From Eledone cirrhosa (Eukaryota), in contig OZ024747.1 of the NCBI GenBank assembly GCA_964016885.1, forward strand, positions 90,644,001 through 90,708,000: a stretch of DNA of 64,000 bases, written 5' to 3'. Positions within the stretch are counted from its first letter, which is position 1. Each line of letters opens with the position of its first letter. Positions 51,358 through 64,000 of this stretch are shown here, in pieces. The position numbers were made by a program, and so were the translations under genes. Below the pieces are notes generated by a model. The model did no database searches, was not told the DNA's origin, and was given only the letters and a program-made list of their open reading frames with translations.

Positions 51358-52427
51358 CCATCCATAATGTACATTATGTTTACCAATCTCTATTCCATTC
51401 TTTCATCTTGAACCACAAAATTATATTTTGTTTTTAGTGAGTACAACATTTGAAACTTCCCTTCTTTGAATTTACTCATACATTCTCTAGCTATTGTTCT
51501 ACTTCATATTTAGTTTGAATATACTGAAAGAAAAGATTCCTTGATTATGCATTACATAATGTTATATATATAGGTTACATATAACAATTATATTTTTACA
51601 TCAGTTAACAAATGTTGTTAATCTGTGAAGCTTATAGTTGGAAAGACACTCCTGTTTCAACTGGAAATACATAAAATCTACTTCTCTTTTAAAGATGATC
51701 AGCAAGAAAACATGGGAGTTGGCCCAAATAGATAAACTATGTCAGCCTGAAGTAATGAAAAGCAATATGCTTGAATTTTCCATTCACTTTAATCGACTTT
51801 CAGTATTAACAGTCTCTTCAAATTAATATGATAAACTAGATTTATAATCAAAGTCAATAAAATTTCTGAAAAATAAATAACAACCACCGTGCTTTAAAAT
51901 AATAATAATAAAAATAAAAAGGGGTCAAGCATTAATGAAAAACAGTGATAGGCTGAAAAGGAAATGACAATGCACGTTTTATCAAGCCACCCCGGCTTAA
52001 ATGTTAAAACATTATCTTTATTTATAAGATAGGTAAATATAGGCTGGATATGTATAGCATTACATTAATGAGCATTAAACAATAGTACACACTTATATCA
52101 TTAAGGTGTGTATACAATCAATTAAAGTTCAGTCAACTATGAACTAGATTAGTAACCTTCGGGTACTTCTTAGTATGCAGATTATTGAACACACAGATAT
52201 TTATGCATATATGATTAAACTCAAATAGGATAAAGCAATCACCATCGTTTATCTATTCCCATCTCTCCTTCTCTCTCTTACACCTGCACGTAACTATTAA
52301 GTTCAACCTAGTGTCCAATATATAGAACAATGCTTCCAAGAGTTCTGCTAATTACCTAATAATCTGATTACAAATTATACGAAATATATTGACTACATTA
52401 CATGCAGTGGTCCATCTATTTATCTAT

Positions 52428-52554
52428 GAAAAATTTGGGACCCCAACGGCTGAGCTCCTGCCGTTTCAACAGCTAGATCCGAACTGAATCGCTAGTGTTC
52501 TGGATCTTGCTGTTGAAACGGCAGGAGTTCAGCTGTTGGGGTCCCGAATTTTTC
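52428..52554. repeat. GC-rich hairpin, ~55-bp arms, in (ATCT)n context
   Basis: GGGACCCCAACGGCTGAGCTCCTGCCGTTTCAACAGC / GCTGTTGAAACGGCAGGAGTTCAGCTGTTGGGGTCCC. Confidence 0.88.
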
Positions 52555-53711
52555 CTATTACCCATTCTACTACCCAAATATCGATTACCCTGGTGAGTAA
52601 TGGTCTAACTGCTTTTTACTGCATCCATTCTGATCTATCTATCTATCTATCATACATCTCACACTAAGTTTAGCAAGAAAGAAAGAATTTTTTTTAAAAC
52701 TAACAAAAAACAAAAAATTAATAAACAATGTGAAAGATATGCAAATATCTACTCCCAGCTAATGTTAAGGGGGGAGGGGGAAGAGACTGAAAGCTGATAA
52801 GGAAGAACCTTATAGGAAACTATCATATAGTCTCTTGAATTAACAGTTATCTGATAGTAAACAAAACAAGGTAAGAAGTCCCATGAACACACTGATAAGA
52901 AAATTAACAACGATCAAACTTACAACCTTGAATTTTTGCATGAAATATATAAATATAAAATTTCCTGGTATAATAAAACATTAGAAGCTTGTTTGTATAG
53001 TCATGGTGACCTTAAATTTTCTATGGTTTCAACATTTCGGTTTTTTGCACTGATTTCTACAGTTTGAAAACTTACAAGGGATTTCTGCTATATTTATCAT
53101 TATGAAGAACTATTGAAGTAAACTAAGACAGCTTTCTATATAAATTAAAGCAATTTTTAAACTGTATCACAAGTGATATTTTAGTTTAGCATGTCATTAG
53201 AAACTATATAAATATACTTAAGCTACATTAACTGTAATAATCAAAACATTCCATCATTTAATGGAATACAATTGGTAAACAGGATCGATGAAACATGTCA
53301 CATATACATCATCATCATCATCATCATCATTTTAGGTCAATTTTTTTCATGCCAGAATAGATTATAGATCAAGTTAATAGAAGACAGGTTGGGGGACTAT
53401 ACCTCACATTCCAGTTTTGGCATGGATTCTATGGTTGGATGCCCTTCCTAACACCAAGAACTTTACAGATTGCACTAGGTTAATTTTATGATGACTTTCA
53501 AATACTAAGCATCTTTCTCTGGCTCACTTTAAACTTCAAATGTTCAAATTCTGGATTAACAGACTTAATTTCAATCCTGAATTATCCAAAGTAATCTCCA
53601 CAAACTCAGAGTACTGTACTTCATTATAAAGACATAACGATTATTATTTAATGTGGATTAAGTTGGGTTTTTTTCTTCTATAAATTAGCAGAAACAATTC
53701 AATAGAGACAT

Positions 53712-54270
53712 AATAATGATTTCTGATTTTAGGCACAAGGCAAACAATTTGGGGAGAGAAGGTCAATCAAATCGAACCCAGTACATTACTGGTACTTTAC
53801 TTTATTGACCTTGTAAGGATGAAAGAAAAAGCTAACCTGAACATGATAATAGTAATAATAATAATTGTTTCTATTTTAGGCACAAGGCCAGCAATTACCC
53901 AGTGCATTACTGGTACTTTATTTTATCGACCCCATAAGGATGAAAGGCAAAGTTAACCTCGGCGGGATTTGAACTCAGATCATAAAGGGACGTAACTCTA
54001 TGCTTCAAAGCATGGTGTCCGACTCTCTACCGATTCTGCCAATAGTAATAATAATAATGGTTTCTTATATAGGCACAAGGCCAGCAATTTTGGGGGAGGG
54101 AAAGTCGATTAAATCGACCCCAGTGTGTGATTGGTACTCTATTTTATCGACCCTGTAAGGATGAAAGGCAAAGTTAACCTTGGCAGGATTTGAACTCAGA
54201 TCATAAAGGGCCGTAACTCTATGCTGCAAAGTATGGCATCTGACACTCTACCGACACTGCCAATCCACCA
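53712..54270 (-). mobile_element. three tandem Meta-domain-like SINEs
   Basis: Copies at ~53712-53840, 53862-54043, 54052-54270, separated by (AAT)n. Confidence 0.88.
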
Positions 54271-54864
54271 TAATAATAATCTTCATGATAATGATATATC
54301 AATTTCCAAGGACAAATTTCACATTATGCTTCCTTTTTATATCATACACTACAGGGAAAAAAAATTTTTTTGTGGGGTGGAATTTTAAACTATTTACTAA
54401 GTGGAAAAAATTGTGTACCATACTTGAGATAAAAACAAATATATAGACATTCATCATCATCATTTAATGCCCATCTTCCATGCTAGCATGGGTTAGATAT
54501 TGTCAAATAAATTCATAAGGCTTAATCAGGTTAATCAAAATTAACATTTCTTACCTATTTTTATAGCAGTTATAAAATCTAGTGGTATGGCAGAAGCAGT
54601 AGAGTGCTGAGGTAAACCACTTCACTTTTGTTAACTTCACATTCTGAGTTGAAATATTACCACAGTCAACATTATGTTTCACCCCTCCATGTTCAATAAA
54701 TTAGTTAAGTCAATAAAAATAATTAGCATTTACACCACTAGGGTGAATTCAAGTGGCTTATACACCTGCTATAAAAATGTAAGGCCTTGTGTCAAATTAA
54801 GCCCCACACACAGATACATTACACATGTGTGTAAGTGTAAATATATATATGTGTATAAATATAT

Positions 54865-55178
54865 ATCATCATCATGATCGTCGTTGTCACTGTTTAACAT
54901 CTATTTTGGATGTTTAAATTGGTTTTATAGGCTGTCACCTTACCTGACTAAGTAGGTCAGGTGACCATGTCTTTCTTTTACAATCCATTTTTGGTTTGGT
55001 TTTCTATGGCTGGATGCCCTTCCTAATGTCAACGACATTTCAGTATGTACTAGGAGATTTTTTTCATTGAACCAGCACCACTAATACCTTACAGGGTGAA
55101 CTGGGTGCCTTTTCATTGAGGCACCAGCACAATCACCTTACAGAGTGAATTGCGTGCTTTTTGTTGTAGCACCAGCAC
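54865..55178 (-). mobile_element. RTE-tailed short retroelement
   Basis: Same motifs as 12938-13200. Confidence 0.65.
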
Positions 55179-55364
55179 ATATATATGTGTGTAAGCATAT
55201 ATATATATATATATATACACACACATTCGGTATACAAGGATGCAAGCACTTGACGTTATATTACTTCTTTAAATATGCATAACGGCTCAATTAATAAAAG
55301 ACTAACATCTCCACCTTCGCATATATATATATATATATATATATAAAGGAACGATCGACTTTCC

Positions 55365-55519
55365 AATTGCTAATACTATCTATTGGTTGCAACTCCAGGT
55401 AGAAGGAACAACGTGAAATAAAGTGTCTTGTTCAAAGACATAATGCATCACCTGGTTCGGGAATCAAACTCGCAACCTCACGATTGCGAATCCAATTCTC
55501 TAACCACTCAGCCACACAC

Positions 55520-55520
<1 letters not shown>
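55365..55520 (-). mobile_element. CORE-type SINE
   Basis: Reverse homologue of 35590-35740. Confidence 0.7.
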
Positions 55521-55554
<34 letters not shown>

Positions 55555-56283
55555 ACAAAGTTATACTTAAAATAATTTTTATTCTCTATATATATATATA
55601 TTCTGTGTGTGTGTGTGAGCACACATACAAACAAAAATAAATGCAAATGTATATATGCACACATATATACATATATACAAATATGTTAATCCACAATCAA
55701 TGTTTCCAATCTTTCGCTGGGTGTGATGGGTAGAATAAGGATGGCCAATGTATACAGAATTACAGAAGAAAAATATATGCAAACATTTTCTGGAATTTAC
55801 TCAGAAAAAATACAGAAGATAATTGAATATGATGTTGGGCTTTGATTGGATACTGAAAGACAGTTATGTAAGTACATTGTGTATTCCTGGGTGAATATAC
55901 AAGGTAGAGGAGAGAGAAAGATTAAGGTGATGTGGATATATGGATTGTTCCTGCTTCACAAATTTTGACTCAGAATGCCAGATCCATGCCAAAATGATCT
56001 TTGAACAAAAAAATCCTGGGTTTAATATCTCCACAGAATAAAATAGGGAAGATTAAAAAAAGGAGATGAAGAAAGTCTGAAAGTTGTCATAAATTGAGAG
56101 TGGGAGAAAAAAGAAACACATGCAGTTGAGGAAGAAAGGTATAATAGTTTGATGTCATTTTGTGACATCAAACTGTGTTTTTCTTCCTACTTCAATCTGT
56201 TTCTCTTTTCATTCTCCTTATATCTTGCTCTATTTTACAGCCATTTCTGTATCTCACCAAGCCAGACACATACACAAGTCCCC

Positions 56284-56327
<44 letters not shown>

Positions 56328-56384
56328 GACACATATTTATATATATCATCATCATCATTGTATATGAGTGTGTGTGTACTTCAT

Positions 56385-56845
56385 CTTCACCAGGAAACAA
56401 GATAGACAAATGGTTGTAAATGCCAAATCCTTCCTTGATGAAGAATGTACATCCCAACACAGATTAGTTATCAGTGACCTTAAAGTAAAAGCTAGATGAA
56501 ATCAGAGACAAAAGTTGATCTGGAGAAGAAAGAGACAAGGAAACTGAAAGAATCGTCAACTGGGAATAAATTCAGAGAAGATATACTTGACTTCTGTAAC
56601 AAAAAAGAGGACATGAAGATCTATAATATAAAGGAAAATTGGAAATTTCTATGAGACAACCTGCTGAAGGCCACGGATCATGTTTGTAGCTGGAACAATG
56701 TCCTATCTATAAGAAAAGTGTCATTGTGGTAGAATGATAGGATACTAAGAACCTTAAAAGAGGTTGGCTTGAAAAGACTGGAATAAAAAGAAGTTGAGTA
56801 CAATGCCAAATAGCTAGAACAAAGGCTCAGTGCCAGGTACACTAT
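56385..56845 (+). pseudogene. degenerate RTE endonuclease/linker fragment
   Basis: NAKSFLDEECTSQHRLVISDL resembles the end of the RTE APE domain (KVxPGEECxxQHRL). Confidence 0.55.
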
Positions 56846-56993
56846 AGTATGATTTCTCTCAGGTGAATATCAGTAAAAGTGTTCAGTAGAATCCTTTGAC
56901 AGAAGGAAAAATAAAACGGAAGTAGATATTTGGTTTCATAGTCAGACATTCAAGAATCCATACATACACTATTCTCTGAAAATTCATAATAGT

Positions 56994-57209
56994 TTAACCT
57001 TTTAGCATTTACATTACTCTACATTTACTATTGTATTTTCATGGTAAAGGCTTTCTCTCACATAATATCAAATCTATGAGATTCTGATATTATTTACTTT
57101 GAAAACAATACTTTAACATCAGTACGAGTGGCCAGTTACGGCCAGTTTGAGGAGAAAGAGGTGAGAGAATCCTGGCCGGATACGGCCAGTTTGAATGTTA
57201 AAGGGTTAA
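56994..57209 (+). mobile_element. piggyBac-type MITE family B
   Basis: TTAA flanks and TIRs. Confidence 0.82.
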
Positions 57210-57474
57210 GTACATCATGTTCAAAACCATGTTAGACCTTATATACATCATAAAAGAAAAATATTTCACATTTTTCCAGTTCTTAATACATGAATACTAG
57301 CTTTTGAATGCTATGGATTTAGTTGCTAAAATTTTAGAACAATGAATGAATTACAAATACACATTTTTTTTAGTTTTTAAAGAGCATCAATTTAGATCAT
57401 GGGAAGAAATTTTGAGATGGTAGCTGACGTTTCAATTTTATATAATCCATCAATGAAATGCCTAGGTAGAACCA

Positions 57475-57765
57475 TTACTCCTCCAAATTGAGAGATCTCA
57501 GCTCCGATAGTATAAGTATATGGTTAGAATGTCTTAGGAAAGAATTGCTGGACAGATTTTATGAGCAAAATGAACCAGCAGGAGACCCAGAGCAAGATGG
57601 TTGGATAACATCCACGAGCTTGGTTAGTCGCGCTTGCGGATCCAGCCAGATCAGTTAGAGATGGTTGCTTCTGACCGAACCCACTGGAAGAAGTGTTTGA
57701 GGACTCTGTCCTCACAACCCTCTCAGGAATAAGTGGGTGAAGAAAAGGAAGAAGAGAAGAAGATC
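57475..57765 (+). mobile_element. RTE family 2 3' fragment with (GAA) tail
   Basis: Reverse homologue of 19696-20005. Confidence 0.7.
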
Positions 57766-58706
57766 AATGAAATTCAGAGTAGTTGCAAAGGAATCACAGA
57801 GTAAACATTATAGATTTGGGATCTCTAAACTCAATACTGGTAACAGGAATATTTAAGGAAAAACAAAATATCCCCATCTCAGTTTCAGAAGTTTTATCTG
57901 AGATAAGATAAAGAAGAATACATTGAAAATGAATCAAAAGTTTTGGCAAATGTAGTTATAAAGATTTTTCACTTAGATAAATCTTATCCAGATTTATATT
58001 ATGATAAATATCTGAACAGATGAAATTTTGGCATTTAGGCTCAGGAAGTTGATATCTAATCACAGATGCTGCACTTTATCTTTGAGCAAGATACTTAACT
58101 CTAGAGCTTGCTATCTAAATCTATGAAGCAGGAAATTGTGTGCAAAATAATCTGAAAATGGTTACATTCTGCCAATTTATAAACACCCAAGAGAAATTCT
58201 GTTCAAAACTTGAAATGATAAAGGAAAAAGAAATCAATTTATATACAAACACACAGATATAATATCATTGTATTGTGATGATAAGGTTGCTGTTCATGGG
58301 ATTTAAAAAGTAATACTACGTAGAGTTTGGCTTGAAGTAGATCCACACTGATCGTATGTGACTATGAGAGTTTGTGGCTATAACTAACAGTTAAGGGTTG
58401 AAGTGAAGAAGGTTCCTCACTTATTAATTCACTCATACATTTCAGTCAACACATTATGCTTGCTTTAAAGATTCTTCTTTAAATTCTAACATTTTATCAA
58501 TGAAAACACTTTCATAAGCTGACCCCTTTTTTATAATTAACTCATGACTCCTTCACCTTCATAACAGATGAAATGTACAATCTCTGTAGCTGTTACCTGT
58601 TTTTATTAATTTTGGTCCCAAAGAATGAAAAAGAAAACAAAGAAGAGGTCAGTGGCCCTGCTTCAGTGCAGACCTGTCCAACCCTTGCTAACAGGGGAAG
58701 TGGACA

Positions 58707-59429
58707 TTAAGCCTTCAGCATTTACATTACTCTATATTTACTATTGTATTTTCGCAGTAAACGCTTTATCTAAACTATAATAAAGGAAGGTCTGCGGGAC
58801 AGCGTACGTTTTTTTTTTTTTTATCCCGTTAGTAAAATAAGTTGGATTACTTTGAATAAATAATGAATGAATATTACATAATTTATCTACTAAATTTTGT
58901 AAACAAAAATAATTTTAAATTGACTTCTTTTCAAAGTTGCACTTCCGGTATATCGTTGCCACCACCACCACATCAACTACCATATATATAGAAAGAGAGA
59001 GTGTAAGATGTCAACACTTCCGGTGGCGATCACTTAAATAAACATACTAATTTTCTCCTAATGCAGTGTATATATAATATCGTCTTTTTTTAATGTATCA
59101 TGAATTACATTACTGATTACATAAGACAGTGTAACAATTTCTTCATTCAATTTCTGTTTATATTGTCAATTACGATTTTATTTGATGTATCATATCTACA
59201 TGTATATATACTTGCGTATAATATCAATATACACACTACACTTGCTAGCAGAAAACCACCCTTCGGGTGGTTTTTCTGCTAGTCTTACATAATATCGAAT
59301 CTATGAGATTTTGATATTATTTATTTTGAGAACAATATATTAACATCAGTATGAGTGGCCAGTTATGGCCAGTTTGAATAGAAAGAGAATTCTGACCGGG
59401 TACAGCTGGTTTGAATGCTAAAGGGTTAA
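58707..59429 (+). mobile_element. piggyBac-type MITE family B interrupted by a Helitron
   Basis: MITE halves join at CTTTA|TCTTACATAAT; TTAA flanks. Confidence 0.8.
58769..59282 (+). mobile_element. non-autonomous Helitron
   Basis: Inserted between A and T with no TSD; 5' TCTAAACTATAATAA; 3' hairpin ending CTAG. Confidence 0.85.
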
Positions 59430-59734
59430 TGATGAATGATGATGATAATGATGAATTAGAGAGAGAAACTGAATGTAAGTGCTAAATACCTCTGTCAATT
59501 GCCCCAGATATAATAGTTCAGTTTGATGTCTGCCAATACCATGAAGTTATCTGTCAGCTTGACCAGGTTAAATTGAGCATTTGTTTCATTGGTGACCTGC
59601 CTCTCAGCCAGCATAGTACATTAGCCAACGATATACACTTTTCACAATAGTTTTAGAACCTGCAAGAAAGATAAGTCATACAATTAATTACAAACGTTGA
59701 TGTGTGTATGTGTGGTTTTAGCATATATCAAACT

Positions 59735-59921
59735 AATTGTCTACATTTGGCACAAGGGCAGCAAATACCCAGTACATTACTGGTAATTTATTTTATCGAC
59801 CCCGTAAGGATGAAAAGCAAAGTTAACTTCGACGGGATTTGAACTCAGACCGTAAAGGGACGTAACTATGCTGGAAAGCATGGCATCTGACCCTCCACCA
59901 ATGCTGCCAATTCACTGCCCT
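59735..59921 (-). mobile_element. Meta-domain-like SINE
   Basis: Full copy. Confidence 0.88.
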
Positions 59922-59999
59922 TGTATTGTGGAGAATGTTGTACATCAAACTGATCTGCTTCTTTACTCTTATTTATTACCACCACTAAGTTGTTTAAGT

Positions 60000-60238
60000 G
60001 GAGGCACGTGACCTAGTGGTAAGGGTGTTAGACTTACAATTATAATGTCATGGGTTCAATTCCTGGGCTGGGTTGTGTGTTGTGTTCTTGAGGAAAACAG
60101 TTTCCCATTGCTTCAGTAAACTCAGCTGAAAATGAGCACCAGCAATAGCTGGGGGTTTCACCCTGTGATGGACTGGTGTCCTGTCCAAGGGTGAGTCCCT
60201 AAAGCGGGATAAGCACCAGCCTAACAAGCCTTCTGGCT
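60000..60238 (+). mobile_element. CORE-type SINE
   Basis: Homologous to 34408-34676; flanking repeat CACTAAGTTGTTT. Confidence 0.8.
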
Positions 60239-62153
60239 TAAAACACACTAAGTTGTTTGCATGTCCATATGACATTCTCATGTAGGAGTAAAGGGCAGAA
60301 TGCTGTTATTAACTCAACGTCCTGTACCACATTAAACTACATTTGCAAGGTATTCTTGAAAAGTACAACACACCGCTATATTCTATTTCTATTTTGTGTT
60401 CCAGCCAACAGGCTGAGGCCACACCGGAGCACTGCCATTATGATTGCATTGCTTTAAAAATTGAAGTATTTACTTCAGTTTACTGCAAATTTTCTGAACA
60501 ATCTGTTCAACAGTAAAGATACAATAAACGTTTGAATTAACAAAGCTGTTTTTAGATATTTTCTGCCATTTCTTTACAAGATGTTAGAATGGTACATTAC
60601 AAGATTTAAGGTAATTACTATATAAAAGTATAGACACTATGTCTAAGGATGAGGATAAGAACCTAAAAAAAAATGTAAGTTTTTTGGGGGAGAGAGAGAG
60701 AGAGAGAGAGATGGGATTAAAATCTGAATATATTAGCTAACACTATCCACTTCACTACAGAGAATTATTACTAACTATTTTCTGTTTCCATAAATTGAGA
60801 GAACAGATTGTGTCCCATTCTTTACTGAATGGATAGTACATTTAGTATCTGGCAGTGTTTGAACTCATGACTGTGTTTCATAACTTATCTACATACTGCA
60901 CACTTCTAATTGATGATTAAATATATATATACATATAAAAAGAAAAAAACATTGCAAATAATGCATACATATATAGAGAGACAGAGAATCAATTTTTAGA
61001 ATTACTAATACATTCCCTAGATAATGTAATATAGGTCGAGAGCAAGAGGAGTGAGTTATAGCAGGTTTCATTTCTAAGACAGCTAATCTGGTACAATATA
61101 CAGCAGTTGTGAAAGTAACTACTCAAACAAGTACAAATGAGCTGATTATGGTACTGTTCAAGCAGTGAGCAAGTAGGAAGCCAAGCAGAAGTTAAATTTG
61201 ACATGGAAATTGTAAAACTATAAAGTAATAAAGAAAAATATGCTATGAAAATGGAATAAAAATGAATCATTAATCGCTGCCGATTGAAATCAAAATCACT
61301 GATTATAATTTCAGTTGAAAGTTTTCCACTATTGGTCTTCCTTTGCAACACACATCTCTCAATCCATTCTCTCTGAAGAAGTTTTCTTTTATGTCTTTTC
61401 TACTAAGTTTCTTTTGATTGAATAAAAATTGTATCATAGCAGAATGAGAAGAAGAGAGGGAAACCAGTAATGATGGGCAGGGAGATAAATGGCAAAATGG
61501 CTGGCAGAAAAAGCTGGTTGTTCATAAGAATTGTTTGAGTGGTAATTAATCTTGGTATAGTTTGTGTATAGAACTAATACTATTGAACAAGATTGCATGT
61601 AACATTATTTTTAAAAAAAGAAAAAAAGTAGATTAAATTTTATTGGTGGAGAAATATTTTCTGAAAATGTCTTTAAATCATTAGCCTAAGAAAGAGGTAA
61701 AAAATGGTTGAAAAGAAAAAAATAATGTGCTTATGTTGTAGGGGGTGGAGGATCAAGATAAGAGAATATACTGTACTACATCTTGGAAGTGTCATAGTGA
61801 AAATCTAATTGTTTTCAGCAGCTAGGATATTAAGTTCATTTTGATTGCAAGAGAATTTACCACAGCTGACTGATATCAATGTCATTGAATGAACCTTAAA
61901 CCTAAGTGCAAATTAAGGAAACATTATTTGATCAATAAAAAAAGGGGGAAGCAAGTCATTTACATGCATTATTTTCTCTACCCTTGGAGTCAATTTATAA
62001 GTAATTTATCTCAGTTTATTTGGCAAATAGCTAAGTTAAATATGACCGAGAAAAAAAAAATATATATCATATTCAGTAAAACATTTAATAAAAAAACAGA
62101 TAATACGAATAGAAAAATATAGCAATTCCCAAATGGAACACTAGTATTAATGA

Positions 62154-62291
62154 TATATACATACATATATACACATACATACATACATACATACATATAT
62201 ACACATACATACATACATATATACACATACATACATACATATATACACATATATATATACACACACATACATATACAGAGAAAGAGAGAGA
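62154..62291. repeat. (TACA)n/(TA)n microsatellite
   Basis: direct reading. Confidence 0.9.
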
Positions 62292-62539
62292 GTCATAGTG
62301 AAAACAGATTATATGATAACACAAATAGAGATCTTGGTTACAGTGTTGCTTTAAGTAAAGTGAACCTACACTTATTTATTAGGTTAAGAAATTAAGGAAC
62401 TATTTCCAAACTGATGTATAAAAATTCAAGATTCCTTATTTTACAATACATGAAGTTTCACATGGAGTTTTGTTATAAACTCCAATGTTAAAAGAATGTT
62501 GTAGAAACATTCCTTTTGATGAGGGGTGGATATTGGAGA

Positions 62540-62885
62540 ATAAAGTGGTTGTGTAGGTGTTGGGACAAAAAGCACTCAGCACACACCGTAAGGTGGTTGT
62601 GTAGGTATCATGACAAAAAGCACTGTAAAGTGGTCGTGGAGGAGTCATGACAAAAAGCACCCAGCCCACACTGTAAGGTGGTCATGTAGGTGTCACAACA
62701 AAAAGCACCCACCATACACAATAAATGTGGTTGGCATTAGGAAGGGCATCCAGCCGTAAAAACCTAGCCAGAAACAGTTCTATTTGAGCAAGAAACGGTC
62801 ATCTGACCCAACCTACCTCTAATTGGACAACCTGTCTAACCCATGCTAGCATGGAAAATGGATGTTAAACGATGATGATAATGAA
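62540..62885 (+). mobile_element. RTE-tailed short retroelement with ~40-bp internal tandem repeats
   Basis: ACAAAAAGCAC repeated 4x, GGCATTAGGAAGGGCATCCAGC, CCCATGCTAGCATGGAAAATGGATGTTAAAC(GAT)n. Confidence 0.78.
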
Positions 62886-63414
62886 GATGTAAGTCAAGCA
62901 GATGGATAATTTCATATTTGTTCTTTCATCTACACAAGAGATAAACACCAGGAACTGAAGGCCTAACATCAGAATATGTAAGATATGACATTGGAATATG
63001 CAATATAACAAAATACCAGATTATATCATGAGATATGATGGTAGTTTGGAAGATATATAAGTCGAAGGTATCACATTTATTATCATCATCATTTTTACAT
63101 CAACTATTCAATGTTGACATTGGTAGGATGAGATATTTTGAGGCAATGTTTAAGAGTTTGATGTCCTTCCTCACACTAAATCCTTTTAGACACTTCTTCT
63201 GCCATGCAGGGATACAGTGTAGTTATTCTAAACTGTGTTGGATTTAGGACAAATGAGGCCCCTCACATGGGCCCTGAAGGAGGTAGGCCCAGAAGACCTA
63301 CACAGGCAGTCAGCAAGATGCCCCTCCTCCCTTGCCAACGGGATCCTGTGCTTAAGCACACCTAAACGCAATGGTAAATCAGGCACTGGATACATATTGT
63401 ATTATATAAAATAT

Positions 63415-63602
63415 GAAGGTGGTACCACAAGGTACAAGATTATAATATTTCAGAAAAGGAGGCACCATATTACAATATATAACATAATAAGGTACCACAT
63501 TGTAATATATAACATGATGATGGTACCATATTACAATATTTAACACATGAAGGTACCATATTACAATATATTAAAGATGAAATGCATCATATTGTAATAT
63601 AT
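63415..63602. repeat. degenerate ~30-bp minisatellite
   Basis: AGGTACCATATTACAATAT variants, ~5-6 copies. Confidence 0.75.
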
Positions 63603-64000
63603 TTTTTTAGTACAAAAACATGAAAATTGTACACCAAAGTTATCTCAATTTAAGAAATAAAGAAAATAATCTTTTTTTTTTTTTCTATAAAAATGAAATT
63701 GATGTAGATAATGTATTGGGCTATTAATACAAATAGCAAAAACCTAATTCAGAAAGGAGCAAAGATTAAGATAACATTCTGAAAAGATACAATGGTTTCA
63801 CTTTGATCATAAATAAATAAATAATCTCTTGAAAAGCTGTAGCATGTCTAAGTCTTTGTGTTGGAACAATGATGTTTAAAGTAACTATAACCAGCAACAA
63901 TATATTAGTATTCTGGCCTACATTTTGTCAGTTTTCAGAAGAAAGTTGCCAGAAAGATTTATAGAAAATAGTTATTGTATGGATACATTAACATTACAGC

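Noticed and set aside
59245-59282. Bacterial rho-independent terminator
   Set aside because: Better explained as a Helitron 3' hairpin ending CTAG at an A|T insertion site

Overview
AT-rich, microsatellite-dense eukaryotic DNA. The SINE/RTE/Penelope repertoire suggests a mollusc, probably an octopus-like cephalopod (inference). No confident host gene is present; nearly all ORFs in the track come from simple repeats. The window consists mostly of tRNA-derived SINEs, RTE LINE fragments, Penelope-like (PLE) fragments, TTAA/TA/hAT MITEs and two non-autonomous Helitrons. The standout is a ~6 kb array (21574-27603) of near-identical 310-bp non-coding units inserted in a (TA)n tract. Each unit carries an intact minimal type I hammerhead ribozyme (19 copies), arranged as ~3.4 units on the minus strand joined head-to-head to ~16 units on the plus strand. 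It looks like a recent retrozyme-like (circular-RNA-derived) insertion. Nearby are two PLE GIY-YIG fragments with their own hammerheads, one split in loop II by an RTE insertion, and several hairpin relics in TA tracts. All coordinates were read by eye and may be off by a few bases.
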